DNA of 64,000 nucleotides, taken from positions 143,663-207,662 of the forward strand of contig CAWBLX010000002.1 of NCBI GenBank assembly GCA_963789775.1. The letters are read 5' to 3'. The position numbers and the translations under genes were made by a program. The notes beneath the pieces were generated by a model, which saw only the letters and a list, made by a program, of their open reading frames with translations, searched no databases and was not told the origin of the DNA. This DNA comes from an uncultured Pseudomonadota bacterium (GTDB taxonomy: Bacteria; Pseudomonadota; Alphaproteobacteria; Rhizobiales; Hyphomicrobiaceae). Below, piece by piece: positions 49,018 to 58,961 of the stretch (position 1 is the first letter of the stretch; each line of letters starts with the position of its first letter).

Positions 49018-52000
49018 GTCGTCGATTCGTCCTCGACGTGGGCCGACCATTCGGCAACGCGCGCGAGATGGGCATACGCGTCGTAATCGTAGCGATAGCC
49101 CGGCCGGCGGATGGCGCGATATGGAGTCTCGGGATTGTCGAATGTAGCGATCAACTGTTCGAGGCCGGCCTGGGCAGCTTCAGCGAGCGCGGCGACGTCG
49201 TCGCATTTGACCGTTCGCTCTTCGCCCGCCGGTTCGCTGCCTGACGCGCGAATGTAGCGCAACGCCTCGACCGTGTGCCCCACGAGATGCGGAAAGCCAG
49301 TTTCGCAGAGTGCGATAGCGGCTTCGAGCGGCAATTGCGGCGACCGTCCGGATTTTACCGCGCTATCGCTCGGCGCCGCGCCGGTCTTGTAGTCCGTTAT
49401 GACGATCGACGTTCCCTTGTCGTCGATACGGTCGGCGCGCGCCGTGAGTTTGAAGGTTCCTGCGACCGCGTCCAGAACGAGGAGGCCCGCCGTTTCAGCA
49501 TGAATCGCGCGGACCCCGTCTCGTCGCTCAGCTTCAGTCGTCGCGAACCACTCAAGGAAGCGCCTCAGGCGCGGCAGCCAGAAGGCCGCGATCCGCGGGT
49601 GTCCGGTATAGCTTTCGAGAACGGCCGTCGCGATGATTTCAAGTTCGGCGAGCGGATCGGCCGGAAGCGTCTCAGGAAATGCCTTGGTGAAGCGCGAAAG
49701 GACTTCGTGAACGAGTCCGCCGCGAAGGCTTGCGTCAGGCGGGGCGCCGAGGATCGGCAGCGGATCGACCTTCAAGATGCGACGCGCGAAGATCGCGTAG
49801 GGATTGCTGGTCCAGCGTTCGATCTCGGTCACGCTCATCCTGCGCGGACGCATCTCGACCGGTGGACGGGGTTCGGGCGCTTGAATAACGCGACGATTGG
49901 AGAGGTCGATCCAATCGCGCGCCCGTGCCCAGGCAAGCCACGGCTTTTCTGCTTCGAGGACGAGCAAAAGGTTCATGCCCTTGAGCAGCGCCGTGACGCG
50001 CATCAGCCAGCGCGACGGCACCGTCGGCACGCCATCGACCTTCTCGGCGCGGGTGAGATAGACGGTCTCGGCGCCGAGCAGCGACACGAAATCGTGGGCA
50101 GCGCGGCCGATCTCTTCTTCCGGTGACGGCAGTCCGAGTTCTGCGCGCATCGGCCGGTTGAGCCAAGCTCCGGGCTCGGCGGCCTCCGGCCAGGTGCCTT
50201 CATTGAGAGAGCCAATAACCAGCACGTCAGGCTGTTGCAGGCGCGCTTCGAAAGGTCCCCAGATGGAGATACGCGGATGCACGGCGGTGCGTTCGCGAAC
50301 ATTTTCGCGTGCGAGCAGCGTCGCGTAAAGATCGGCGTAATCGGTAGCTCGGATCGGGACGTTCGGCGTTTCGGGATCGAGAAGCTCGGTAAAGAAGCGC
50401 GATGCCGTCTCGCCTGCTTCGCCTTGCCAGAGCGGGTTTTGCTGTCCCGCGCCTTCGTCTTCGGGAAGCGTTGCGAGGGCTTCCGCGGCGGTCGCGTGGG
50501 CGCGAGCGAGGTCGGCGAGCGTGTGCTCGTCTTCGGTCGCATAAAGATCGGTCAGCGGTTTGAAGGCTTCCGCCATCTTGAGGACGACAGCGCGCGCGCC
50601 TTCTGTGTCTTCCGCCCAGAGACGTTCAGCAGCGGCGTGCTTGCGATGCTCTTCGTCGAGGTCGGCATGATCGAGCGCGGCAAGTATGCCTTCGATGCCC
50701 CGGCCGAGATATGGCCGGCGAAAGGCGCTGATTTCGAGCGCGCGCGCGAATTTGCGAATATCGAAAGTCTTGAAACCGATCCGGCACAGCGGATGGCGAA
50801 GCAGCGCCATCGTCTCGGCCGGCGCGAACTTGCTGACGACGGCATTGATGACGAGCGCGAGAAAGGCACCTGGGACGGTTTTCGCGAAGGGCCGTCCGGC
50901 GCTGTCGTCGACGCGGATTCCCCAGGCTTCAAGGCGGATCGCGACGCGACGTGCCAGCAGGCGGTCGGGCGAGACGAGGGCTGCGGTTCGCCCCGGTGTT
51001 TCGATGGCCTCGCGGAGGATGAGGGCGACCGTTTCGGCTTCGTCCTGAGCGGACGGCGCTTCGATCAGCGAGACGCCGGCGAGCGCTTTGGCAATGTCGT
51101 CGCGATCGGCGCGGGCGGTAAACTCGTGCCAACGCGCCGTCGTTGCGGAGGGGCGCATCGCCTCCGTGAAGAACGCCGAGCGAGCACGCCGCGCCGTGTC
51201 GATCTCGACGCCGGGCAATTCCTTGACTTCGTTTCGGGTAATGCCGAGGCCGTCGAGCAGTTTCTTCAAGCCGAACTGAGGATGCTCGGCATGGGTGGGC
51301 GTGATTTTGTTCCAGCTGTCTTCGTCTAGCGATGTGTCGAGCGCGGGCAGAACGACTGCGCCAGAAACATGCGAAGCGACGGCGCGCATCAGCGATACCG
51401 TCGCGGGAATAGAGCCCGTCACGCCGGCAACGATTACGACGTCTTCCGGCTTCAGCTTCGCGATGCGTCCGGCTTCGGCGAGGATCGACGCGTTGCGCCG
51501 TGCTTCCGGGGATGTCAGGTCGTTCGCCGCAAGGTAGCTCGGCCAGAACTCGGTCACGATTTTCAGGAAGTCGACGGTTTTCTTCCAATGCTCGGAATAA
51601 GCTTCAGGCACGAGCGATTGGATGCCGGAGAGGGAGACGTTTTCGCGCTCGATGTCGTCCATCAGCTTCGCGAGTTCGGCAGCGAGCTGGGCGGCCTGTG
51701 CGGGGGTCGCTCCGAGGGCCGTTTTCTGTCGCGAGGCGGACGTATCGGCCATGGCTTGCCGCCAACGGGCGACGAGCTGCATGAGGACCAGCATGCGGTC
51801 GAGCGGATCGATCGCGGGTGTCTGCTCCAGAGCTTCGATGCCGGAAGGGCCTAGCTCAAGGAGGTCCGAGATCAACGAAATATCGCCGTCACCTTCGGAG
51901 ATCGGCTGTATGCGCGGCATGATCAGCGCGCGCGTATCGGCGACTGAAAGAAATGCCTCGCGTGCGGCTCGCGCGGCGCGCCGTGTCGGCAGCAGTAGCG

Positions 52001-52130
52001 TGATCCTGGGCAGCGAAAGGATGTCGGGCGCCCGTCCACCCGCCTTCGGCAGATCGCCATTCAATATCGCGCGGGCGAGCGCTTCGAGAAACGGCACGCC
52101 GAGGGGGAGGGTGAAGACGTTTCCTGCCAT
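49014..52130 (-). CDS. addB: Double-strand break repair protein AddB (alphaproteobacterial type)
   Basis: 1038 aa from the ATG at 52130 (MAGNVFTLPLGVPFLEALA). This start overlaps the stop of the upstream gene as TGATG. C-terminal nuclease motif ITDYKTG. Paired with addA. Confidence 0.9.
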   Translation of the reverse strand: MAGNVFTLPLGVPFLEALARAILNGDLPKAGGRAPDILSLPRITLLLPTRRAARAAREAFLSVADTRALIMPRIQPISEGDGDISLISDLLELGPSGIEALEQTPAIDPLDRMLVLMQLVARWRQAMADTSASRQKTALGATPAQAAQLAAELAKLMDDIERENVSLSGIQSLVPEAYSEHWKKTVDFLKIVTEFWPSYLAANDLTSPEARRNASILAEAGRIAKLKPEDVVIVAGVTGSIPATVSLMRAVASHVSGAVVLPALDTSLDEDSWNKITPTHAEHPQFGLKKLLDGLGITRNEVKELPGVEIDTARRARSAFFTEAMRPSATTARWHEFTARADRDDIAKALAGVSLIEAPSAQDEAETVALILREAIETPGRTAALVSPDRLLARRVAIRLEAWGIRVDDSAGRPFAKTVPGAFLALVINAVVSKFAPAETMALLRHPLCRIGFKTFDIRKFARALEISAFRRPYLGRGIEGILAALDHADLDEEHRKHAAAERLWAEDTEGARAVVLKMAEAFKPLTDLYATEDEHTLADLARAHATAAEALATLPEDEGAGQQNPLWQGEAGETASRFFTELLDPETPNVPIRATDYADLYATLLARENVRERTAVHPRISIWGPFEARLQQPDVLVIGSLNEGTWPEAAEPGAWLNRPMRAELGLPSPEEEIGRAAHDFVSLLGAETVYLTRAEKVDGVPTVPSRWLMRVTALLKGMNLLLVLEAEKPWLAWARARDWIDLSNRRVIQAPEPRPPVEMRPRRMSVTEIERWTSNPYAIFARRILKVDPLPILGAPPDASLRGGLVHEVLSRFTKAFPETLPADPLAELEIIATAVLESYTGHPRIAAFWLPRLRRFLEWFATTEAERRDGVRAIHAETAGLLVLDAVAGTFKLTARADRIDDKGTSIVITDYKTGAAPSDSAVKSGRSPQLPLEAAIALCETGFPHLVGHTVEALRYIRASGSEPAGEERTVKCDDVAALAEAAQAGLEQLIATFDNPETPYRAIRRPGYRYDYDAYAHLARVAEWSAHVEDESTT

Positions 52131-52870
52131 CAGTCGGAACTCGTCGTCAGCGGTTGCATGAGGGCCGCTTCCGCCTCGGCAAGGGCCTGGGGCGTTCCGA
52201 CGTGCATCCAAATGCCTTCGAGGCGGAGGCCGAAGAGGCGGCCCTTTTCGATGGCGCCATTCCAAAGTTTGTTCAGAGAAAACGGACCTTTGGGGGCGTC
52301 GTCGAACAGGCGGGGATGGGCGATCGAGACGCCCGCGAACACGAATGGCGCCATTCTGGAGCCGGATTGGCGCGTAAGCCGTCCCATCGGATCCATCTGA
52401 AAATCGCCGAAGCCGTCATAGCCGATGCTGGCTGCGAGTGGCGCGACGAGCATCAGGCTGTCCATCGTTTCCTCGTCCCAGCCTTCGAGCAGACGGTCGA
52501 GATTTGAACCGAGGCCCTCGATCCAAACAGAATCCGAATTATGGATGACGAACGGTCCCTGTCCGAGCTTGGGCAGGGCGTGCAACGCGCCGCCGCCGGT
52601 CTCGAGCAACTCGCCGCGTTCGTCCGAGATCACGATTTTGGGCGCCGAGCGATGGGCGAGATGCTTTTCGATTTTGTCGGCGAGATAATGCACGTTGACG
52701 ACTGCGCGCGTGATGCCGGCTGCGGTGAGCCGATCGAGCACATGATCGATGAGAGGTTTGCCTCGGAGCGGCACCAGAGGCTTCGGAATCGTGCTCGTCA
52801 GCGGGCGCATGCGTTCGCCTTTGCCGGCAGCCAGGACGAACGCGCTCGTTGGGCGCTTGGCGGACGTCAT
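52130..52870 (-). CDS. Nucleotidyltransferase, MurU-like (N-acetylmuramate-1-phosphate uridylyltransferase family)
   Basis: 246 aa with the sugar-nucleotidyltransferase N-terminus AFVLAAGKGERMRPLTSTIPKPLVPL. Lies next to an AmgK-like kinase domain. Confidence 0.75.
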   Translation of the reverse strand: MTSAKRPTSAFVLAAGKGERMRPLTSTIPKPLVPLRGKPLIDHVLDRLTAAGITRAVVNVHYLADKIEKHLAHRSAPKIVISDERGELLETGGGALHALPKLGQGPFVIHNSDSVWIEGLGSNLDRLLEGWDEETMDSLMLVAPLAASIGYDGFGDFQMDPMGRLTRQSGSRMAPFVFAGVSIAHPRLFDDAPKGPFSLNKLWNGAIEKGRLFGLRLEGIWMHVGTPQALAEAEAALMQPLTTSSD

Positions 52871-52894
52871 ATGGAAGCGTCTCCGAAAATCGGG

Positions 52895-54442
52895 TTAGAT
52901 ATTCAGAGCTTCTGCGCGCAGGCTCCGAGGTAGGTTGTCGTCATACCATGCTCTGAGCGGCTCGAGACCCTCATGCCGCAGATCACGCTCGAGATACCCC
53001 CAGATCCGTGGCAGGTGAGCGAGATATTGTCTCTTTCCGTCCCGCACCGCGAGACGGGCGAAGATACCCAGAATTTTTGTGTTTCGTTGGGCACCGAGCG
53101 CGGCATAGGCGAAGGCGAACTCCGTCCGGTCGAATGCCGAATCGCGTTCCGCGGTGGCCGCGACATATTGGTCAAACAATTGCTTTTCCAACGCTTCTGG
53201 GACGTCGACACGGGCGTCCTGCAGAAGCGAAACGAGGTCGTAGGCCGGCGGCCCGATCATCGCGTCCTGAAAGTCGATGACGCCGACGTCGCGCGGGCTT
53301 TTTCGAGCGTCGAGCGCGATGAGGTTGGGCGAATGGAAATCGCGCAACAACCAGGTTTTCGGCTGGGCGAGGACACGGTCGAAAATCGCTTTCCAAAGGT
53401 GCTTGAAATTATCTCGGGCCGATTGCGGAGGGGGATCGCCGCGGAGCGCCGGCCAATACCAATCGAGAAGCAGCTCGGTCTCGATTTCGAGAACGCCTTC
53501 ATCCGCGATCGGCAGTTCGAAGACCGAGCCGTCCGACAGCGGGATACGTTCCGGCGGGGCGGTACTCTGGACTGCGATCAGCGCATCGACGCCGCGCTTC
53601 CATAGTGAAGCTTGGTCTCGGCCTTTTCTGACTTCGGCAGCGAAGACCTCGTCGCCGAAATCTTCGATAAGCAGCAGCCCTCCCGCCAAGTCCTCGGCCA
53701 GAATGCGCGGCACGGAAAGTCCGGATGCTTCGAGAGTGCGATCGATGGCGACGAACGCTTTCACATTTTCGGCGAGATGGGCGATGGCGCTGTAGGACTT
53801 GCCGTCGCGTATCGGCGGGCCGTCGGGCTTCTGGGGCGAGTCCATGAGGATGGCGCGCGCGCCGTCGGCCTTGACGAGGCGGGCGTAGCGGCGTGGGGAC
53901 GCGTCGCCCTGCAGGTAGCTGAACGCCGTCGTCGCATCACCCCAACCGGCGCGCTCCAGAAACGTGCGGATCGCCGCGAAGCGGTCGAGGCGGACAGCAA
54001 GGTCGACCGCAGCGCCGACGCGAACGTTCCGCCGGTCAATCGCCGCTGCTTCATCGAAGCGGAGCGTCAGGCGGTCTGTCGGGATGCGGCTATCGCCCCG
54101 GGACGGCCATTCGACGATGGCGATGCCGCGGGAGAGGGCGGCATCAAGGCCCAGCTCGTCGATCTCTGTGGGGTCGGACAGGCGATATAGATCGAAATGG
54201 GCGATTTCGAAGCGCGGGGTTTCGTAGGCCTGAACCAGCGTGAACGTCGGGCTCGGAATTTCGAGCTCCGAATTGCCTGCGATCGCGCGGATGAGGGCGC
54301 GCGCGAACGTCGACTTGCCGGCGCCAAGCTCACCTTCAAGCGCTAGGGTGTCGCCCGGCTGGACAAGGAAGGCCACCTCCTGCGCCAGTCGCGAGACGTC
54401 ACCTTCCGTGAGGTCAGGGAATGAGAAAATCGAATGTGTCAT
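52895..54442 (-). CDS. tsaE: Fusion protein: TsaE (t6A ATPase) N-domain + aminoglycoside-phosphotransferase-fold (AmgK-like) kinase domain
   Basis: 515 aa. The N-terminal part of about 150 aa carries the TsaE P-loop (GELGAGKSTFARALI, FDLYRL). The C-terminal part of about 350 aa is APH/choline-kinase-like (LRDFHSPNLI ... VIDFQDA). Confidence 0.85.
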   Translation of the reverse strand: MTHSIFSFPDLTEGDVSRLAQEVAFLVQPGDTLALEGELGAGKSTFARALIRAIAGNSELEIPSPTFTLVQAYETPRFEIAHFDLYRLSDPTEIDELGLDAALSRGIAIVEWPSRGDSRIPTDRLTLRFDEAAAIDRRNVRVGAAVDLAVRLDRFAAIRTFLERAGWGDATTAFSYLQGDASPRRYARLVKADGARAILMDSPQKPDGPPIRDGKSYSAIAHLAENVKAFVAIDRTLEASGLSVPRILAEDLAGGLLLIEDFGDEVFAAEVRKGRDQASLWKRGVDALIAVQSTAPPERIPLSDGSVFELPIADEGVLEIETELLLDWYWPALRGDPPPQSARDNFKHLWKAIFDRVLAQPKTWLLRDFHSPNLIALDARKSPRDVGVIDFQDAMIGPPAYDLVSLLQDARVDVPEALEKQLFDQYVAATAERDSAFDRTEFAFAYAALGAQRNTKILGIFARLAVRDGKRQYLAHLPRIWGYLERDLRHEGLEPLRAWYDDNLPRSLRAEALNI

Positions 54443-54453
54443 CGCGCCCGTAT

Positions 54454-56979
54454 TTACGCTGCGCGCGAGCCGCCCGCCAGCCGGTCTGTGCTGCCGCCCG
54501 TATCGCCGTCCGTCTTATGCGCGACGGGCTGCTCGGGAATGCGAACGATGACGCGCGTACCACGGCCCTCTTCCGAAGTGATTTCAATACTGCCGCCGTG
54601 AAGCTCCACGAGGCTTTTGGCAATTGAAAGGCCGAGCCCGGCGCCGCGGTGATCCGAGCCACGGCTGCGGCTCTCAAAGCGCTGAAAGACGCGGCCGATC
54701 TGGTCCTTCGGGATGCCGATGCCCTCGTCGTCAATTCGGAAGTTGATGTTGCTGTTTTCGCGCCAGCAGGCGAGGTGCACGGTGCCGTTGGTTTTCGAGA
54801 AGCCAACCGCATTCGACAGGAGATTGTAGAGGACCTGGCGCATGCGCGCCTCGTCGACCATGATTTCGGTCACATCGTCGGCGACGGCGATGTCGATCGT
54901 GAGGCGGGAGCGAACGGCGCGCTCGCGGATGCCGAGGATCGCCGCGTCGATGATGGCGCGGACCCCGGCAGGGGCGAGCTTCAGCTCGAGGCCGCCCGCT
55001 TCGATGGTGGTCAGGTCCAGGATATCGTCGATGATGCTCAGAAGCGTCTTCGACGAGAACATGATGTCCGCGAGGTATTCGCGCTGCTTGTCGTTCAGCG
55101 AGCCCAACGTCGGGCTTGAGAGCATATCGGAGAACCCGATGATCGTCGTAAGCGGGGTTCTCAGTTCGTAGGAGATGTGGCCGATGAAGTTGGTCTTCAG
55201 TCTATCGGCCGCGACGAGCGCTTCGTTGCGCTCGACAAGGGCACGTTCGGCGAGCTTGGCGTTGGTGACATCGGCGAACGTCAACAGGGTGGCACCATCG
55301 GGCAGCGGCATCAGGGCATAATCGACGACGAAATGATCCGTGCGGTCCATCTGTCCTGAGAACGTCTCGCGCTCATCCTGGAAAGCCGTCACGGCGCTTC
55401 CGACGCGCATCCAGGTACCGGCATCGGGATAAAGATCCTGGACAGCAGCAATGATCTCGCCGACGTGCGGGCCCTCTTTGAGCTTACGCGGTGGGATCTT
55501 CCAGATTTCGCAGAAGGCGCGGTTGAAGAGCTTGAGCCGTCCGTCGGTGCCGAACACCGCGACGCCTTCCTTGAGGCTGTCGAGCGTTTCACGCTGGACG
55601 TCGATGAAGGCGTTATAGCGGCTTTCGAGTGCGATCCGATCGGTTTCGTCGGCGAAGAGATACGTCACACCTCCGTCGGGCCGTTGTTCGGCTATGACGT
55701 TGATGATGCGTCCGTCCGTCAGGGGCCAAGTATCTTCAAGCGGCGTGCCAGTGCGGGAGCTCGCAAGCACCTGTGCCTTCCAGTCGCGGTGGCTGACGAC
55801 GGGCGGCAGAGCCCCGATCTCACGCAGCCGGTCGAGAATATCGCTGTCGCTCGGGCGCGTCGCCAGCCACTCGGGGTCGAGCGACCAAAGGTTCGTAAAC
55901 GCGGCATTGTGAAAGACGAGCTTCCGATCTCGGTCGAAGAGGGCGACGGCGGTTTCGACGCGATCGAGCGTGCGGTCATAGGCTGCGACCTGGCGATCGA
56001 GTTCGCCTTGTGCGGTCTCGATCTCGGTTACGTCGACGGCGGCTCCGGCGGTCATGCCGTCAACCGGCAGGATGACGATGTCGTGCGGCTTACGCTGGCC
56101 GCCCGCGATCAGGTGGACGCGGGCCTTATAGCTTTCCCCCGCGGCGACAGCCTTCGCGACGTGTTTGCGCTGGCGCGTCTCAAGAAGCTCGATCTGGCGT
56201 TCGAGGACTTCGAGTTCGCTGTCGGCTTCGACGGCTTTGACGTAAGCCGTGTTGACCCAGATGAGGCGGCCTGCCGGATCGCGGAGCCAGACGGGCATGG
56301 GCAGGGTGTCGAGAAGAGCGCGGCTCGACCGGATATCCCGAGCAAGAGCGGCATGCTGATCGTCGATGCGGGCGATTTCGGCCTTGTAGGGCGATACATC
56401 CTTGAAGCGCAGAACGGCACGGCCACCGGCAGCGCGGCCTTCCGCTTCGAGCGTTCCGCCGGATGTCGTCTTCAGTATGGCGCTGAAAGACCGGCCATTG
56501 GCGAAGAGCTTGTCGAGCGACGCCTTCAGAGTGTCGGCGGAGGGCGCCTCCAGCCATTGCCCAAAGCGAAGAATTTCAGTGTGCTGCTCCGGAAGCCCTG
56601 GGATTCCGGTCAGCGTATGAGACACGATGCGGACAGCCTGTCCCTGCTCCCAGAATATGAGGACCTGCGGCTCGGCGCGGATGATGGCATCGGCGGCGGC
56701 AAGGTTGCGACGGAGATGCTGACTCTCCGCCTTAGCCTTTTGCGCCTCTTTGCGCGCGACACTGCCCATATGCCAAATGATGAGACCGGCAATGAATACC
56801 GCGCCGGCGACGAGGGCTACGGCCGCTAATTGACGGACGCCGAGCTGGTCCGGGTCAATGCTATGGCTGCCGACGAACATCGCGAGAATCGTCGCGACGA
56901 AGGCCATAGCCGCGATGAGCAGCAGCGCCAACTGCAGCTTGGTCGTCAATCGTCGGCCCGGTGGTGGCGTGGCAGGCAT
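54454..56979 (-). CDS. Membrane-anchored multi-PAS sensor histidine kinase (no receiver domain)
   Basis: Start taken at the ATG at 56979 (MPATPPPGRRLTTKLQLALLLIAAMAF..). The ORF track extends to 57111. Has an H-box (FIGHISYELRTPL), an N-box (LYNLLSNAVGFS) and a G-box (GAGLGLSI). Several PAS-like repeats lie between the TM region and the kinase core. Confidence 0.85.
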   Translation of the reverse strand: MPATPPPGRRLTTKLQLALLLIAAMAFVATILAMFVGSHSIDPDQLGVRQLAAVALVAGAVFIAGLIIWHMGSVARKEAQKAKAESQHLRRNLAAADAIIRAEPQVLIFWEQGQAVRIVSHTLTGIPGLPEQHTEILRFGQWLEAPSADTLKASLDKLFANGRSFSAILKTTSGGTLEAEGRAAGGRAVLRFKDVSPYKAEIARIDDQHAALARDIRSSRALLDTLPMPVWLRDPAGRLIWVNTAYVKAVEADSELEVLERQIELLETRQRKHVAKAVAAGESYKARVHLIAGGQRKPHDIVILPVDGMTAGAAVDVTEIETAQGELDRQVAAYDRTLDRVETAVALFDRDRKLVFHNAAFTNLWSLDPEWLATRPSDSDILDRLREIGALPPVVSHRDWKAQVLASSRTGTPLEDTWPLTDGRIINVIAEQRPDGGVTYLFADETDRIALESRYNAFIDVQRETLDSLKEGVAVFGTDGRLKLFNRAFCEIWKIPPRKLKEGPHVGEIIAAVQDLYPDAGTWMRVGSAVTAFQDERETFSGQMDRTDHFVVDYALMPLPDGATLLTFADVTNAKLAERALVERNEALVAADRLKTNFIGHISYELRTPLTTIIGFSDMLSSPTLGSLNDKQREYLADIMFSSKTLLSIIDDILDLTTIEAGGLELKLAPAGVRAIIDAAILGIRERAVRSRLTIDIAVADDVTEIMVDEARMRQVLYNLLSNAVGFSKTNGTVHLACWRENSNINFRIDDEGIGIPKDQIGRVFQRFESRSRGSDHRGAGLGLSIAKSLVELHGGSIEITSEEGRGTRVIVRIPEQPVAHKTDGDTGGSTDRLAGGSRAA

Positions 56980-57180
56980 TGAATTCCATGCGAGTAGGGA
57001 CACTCGGTGTGTCCAAGAGTGGGCACGCGAACGCGATCCGAGTCTCTCGACGCGAATCACGATGAGTATGAGGCGCGCGAGCGACCGCCGCCACCGGATG
57101 CGCCGGCGCAAATTGAAACGGCGCCAGAGTGTTCCCCTGGCGCCGCGTTTGGCGTTGATTCGGCCGGGCCGTTGTCGCCC

Positions 57181-58590
<1,410 letters not shown>

Positions 58591-58929
58591 GCGGCTCTGT
58601 TCCTCATAGATGCACCGTGCCCTGCGCCATCGGAGACAGACACGGCACGTTCAACGGGCCGCGTATGGGCCGCTTGGCTTCAAAGGTCTGTCCGGAGCCT
58701 GCTATAGCGAAGTCGCCGCTTCGAAGCAATAACATATAAGCAAGTCTTTATGTCTTAATGCGTCTCGAAGATGTTCTATGTTTATCCGTGCGCTTGGGAA
58801 GACGCTATGGCTAATGAATTATGAATATCTTCGATATAATGCGAATTTACTTGGTAGTTTTGCGTTAATATCGTCAACAATAAAGAATTAGTGCATTAAT
58901 TGCTCTTAAATCTATCGGCCTCCAATGTC

Positions 58930-58950
58930 ATCCGTGAGTATTTATCCGTG
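58930..58950 (+). repeat. Direct repeat ATCCGTG-N7-ATCCGTG abutting the RBS of the TadG-like gene (third copy at 58784..58790)
   Basis: Read directly: ATCCGTGAGTATTTATCCGTG. The 10-mer TTTATCCGTG occurs exactly at 58781..58790 and 58941..58950. Confidence 0.6.
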
Positions 58951-58961
58951 GAGGCGGATCG

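Noticed and set aside
46216-51329. Series of 280-470-aa plus-strand ORFs (46216..47631, 47980..48831, 48440..49147, 49275..50126, 50235..51329).
   Set aside because: All are antisense to addA/addB, which have clear helicase and nuclease motifs. No RBS or domain signatures, so they are treated as GC-driven artefacts.
58591-58740. Possible SAH riboswitch in the ahcY leader. The minus-strand leader contains GCAGGCTCCGGACAG, reminiscent of the ..CAGGCUCGGGAACA.. core, and a CGTGCC ... GGCACG hairpin.
   Set aside because: I could not find the partner segments of the SAH element (..GAGGAGCGCUGC.. at the 5' end and ..AACGGCGCUCAC.. at the 3' end), and I could not build the P1/pseudoknot pairings by hand. 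An Infernal scan with RF01057 would settle it. Not called.
58896-58909. TTAA-N6-TTAA upstream of the TadG-like gene, resembling a CtrA box. Tad/Flp pilus genes are CtrA-controlled in Caulobacter.
   Set aside because: The CtrA consensus is TTAA-N7-TTAAC. The spacing here is 6 nt, and the region is so AT-rich that TTAA pairs are expected by chance.
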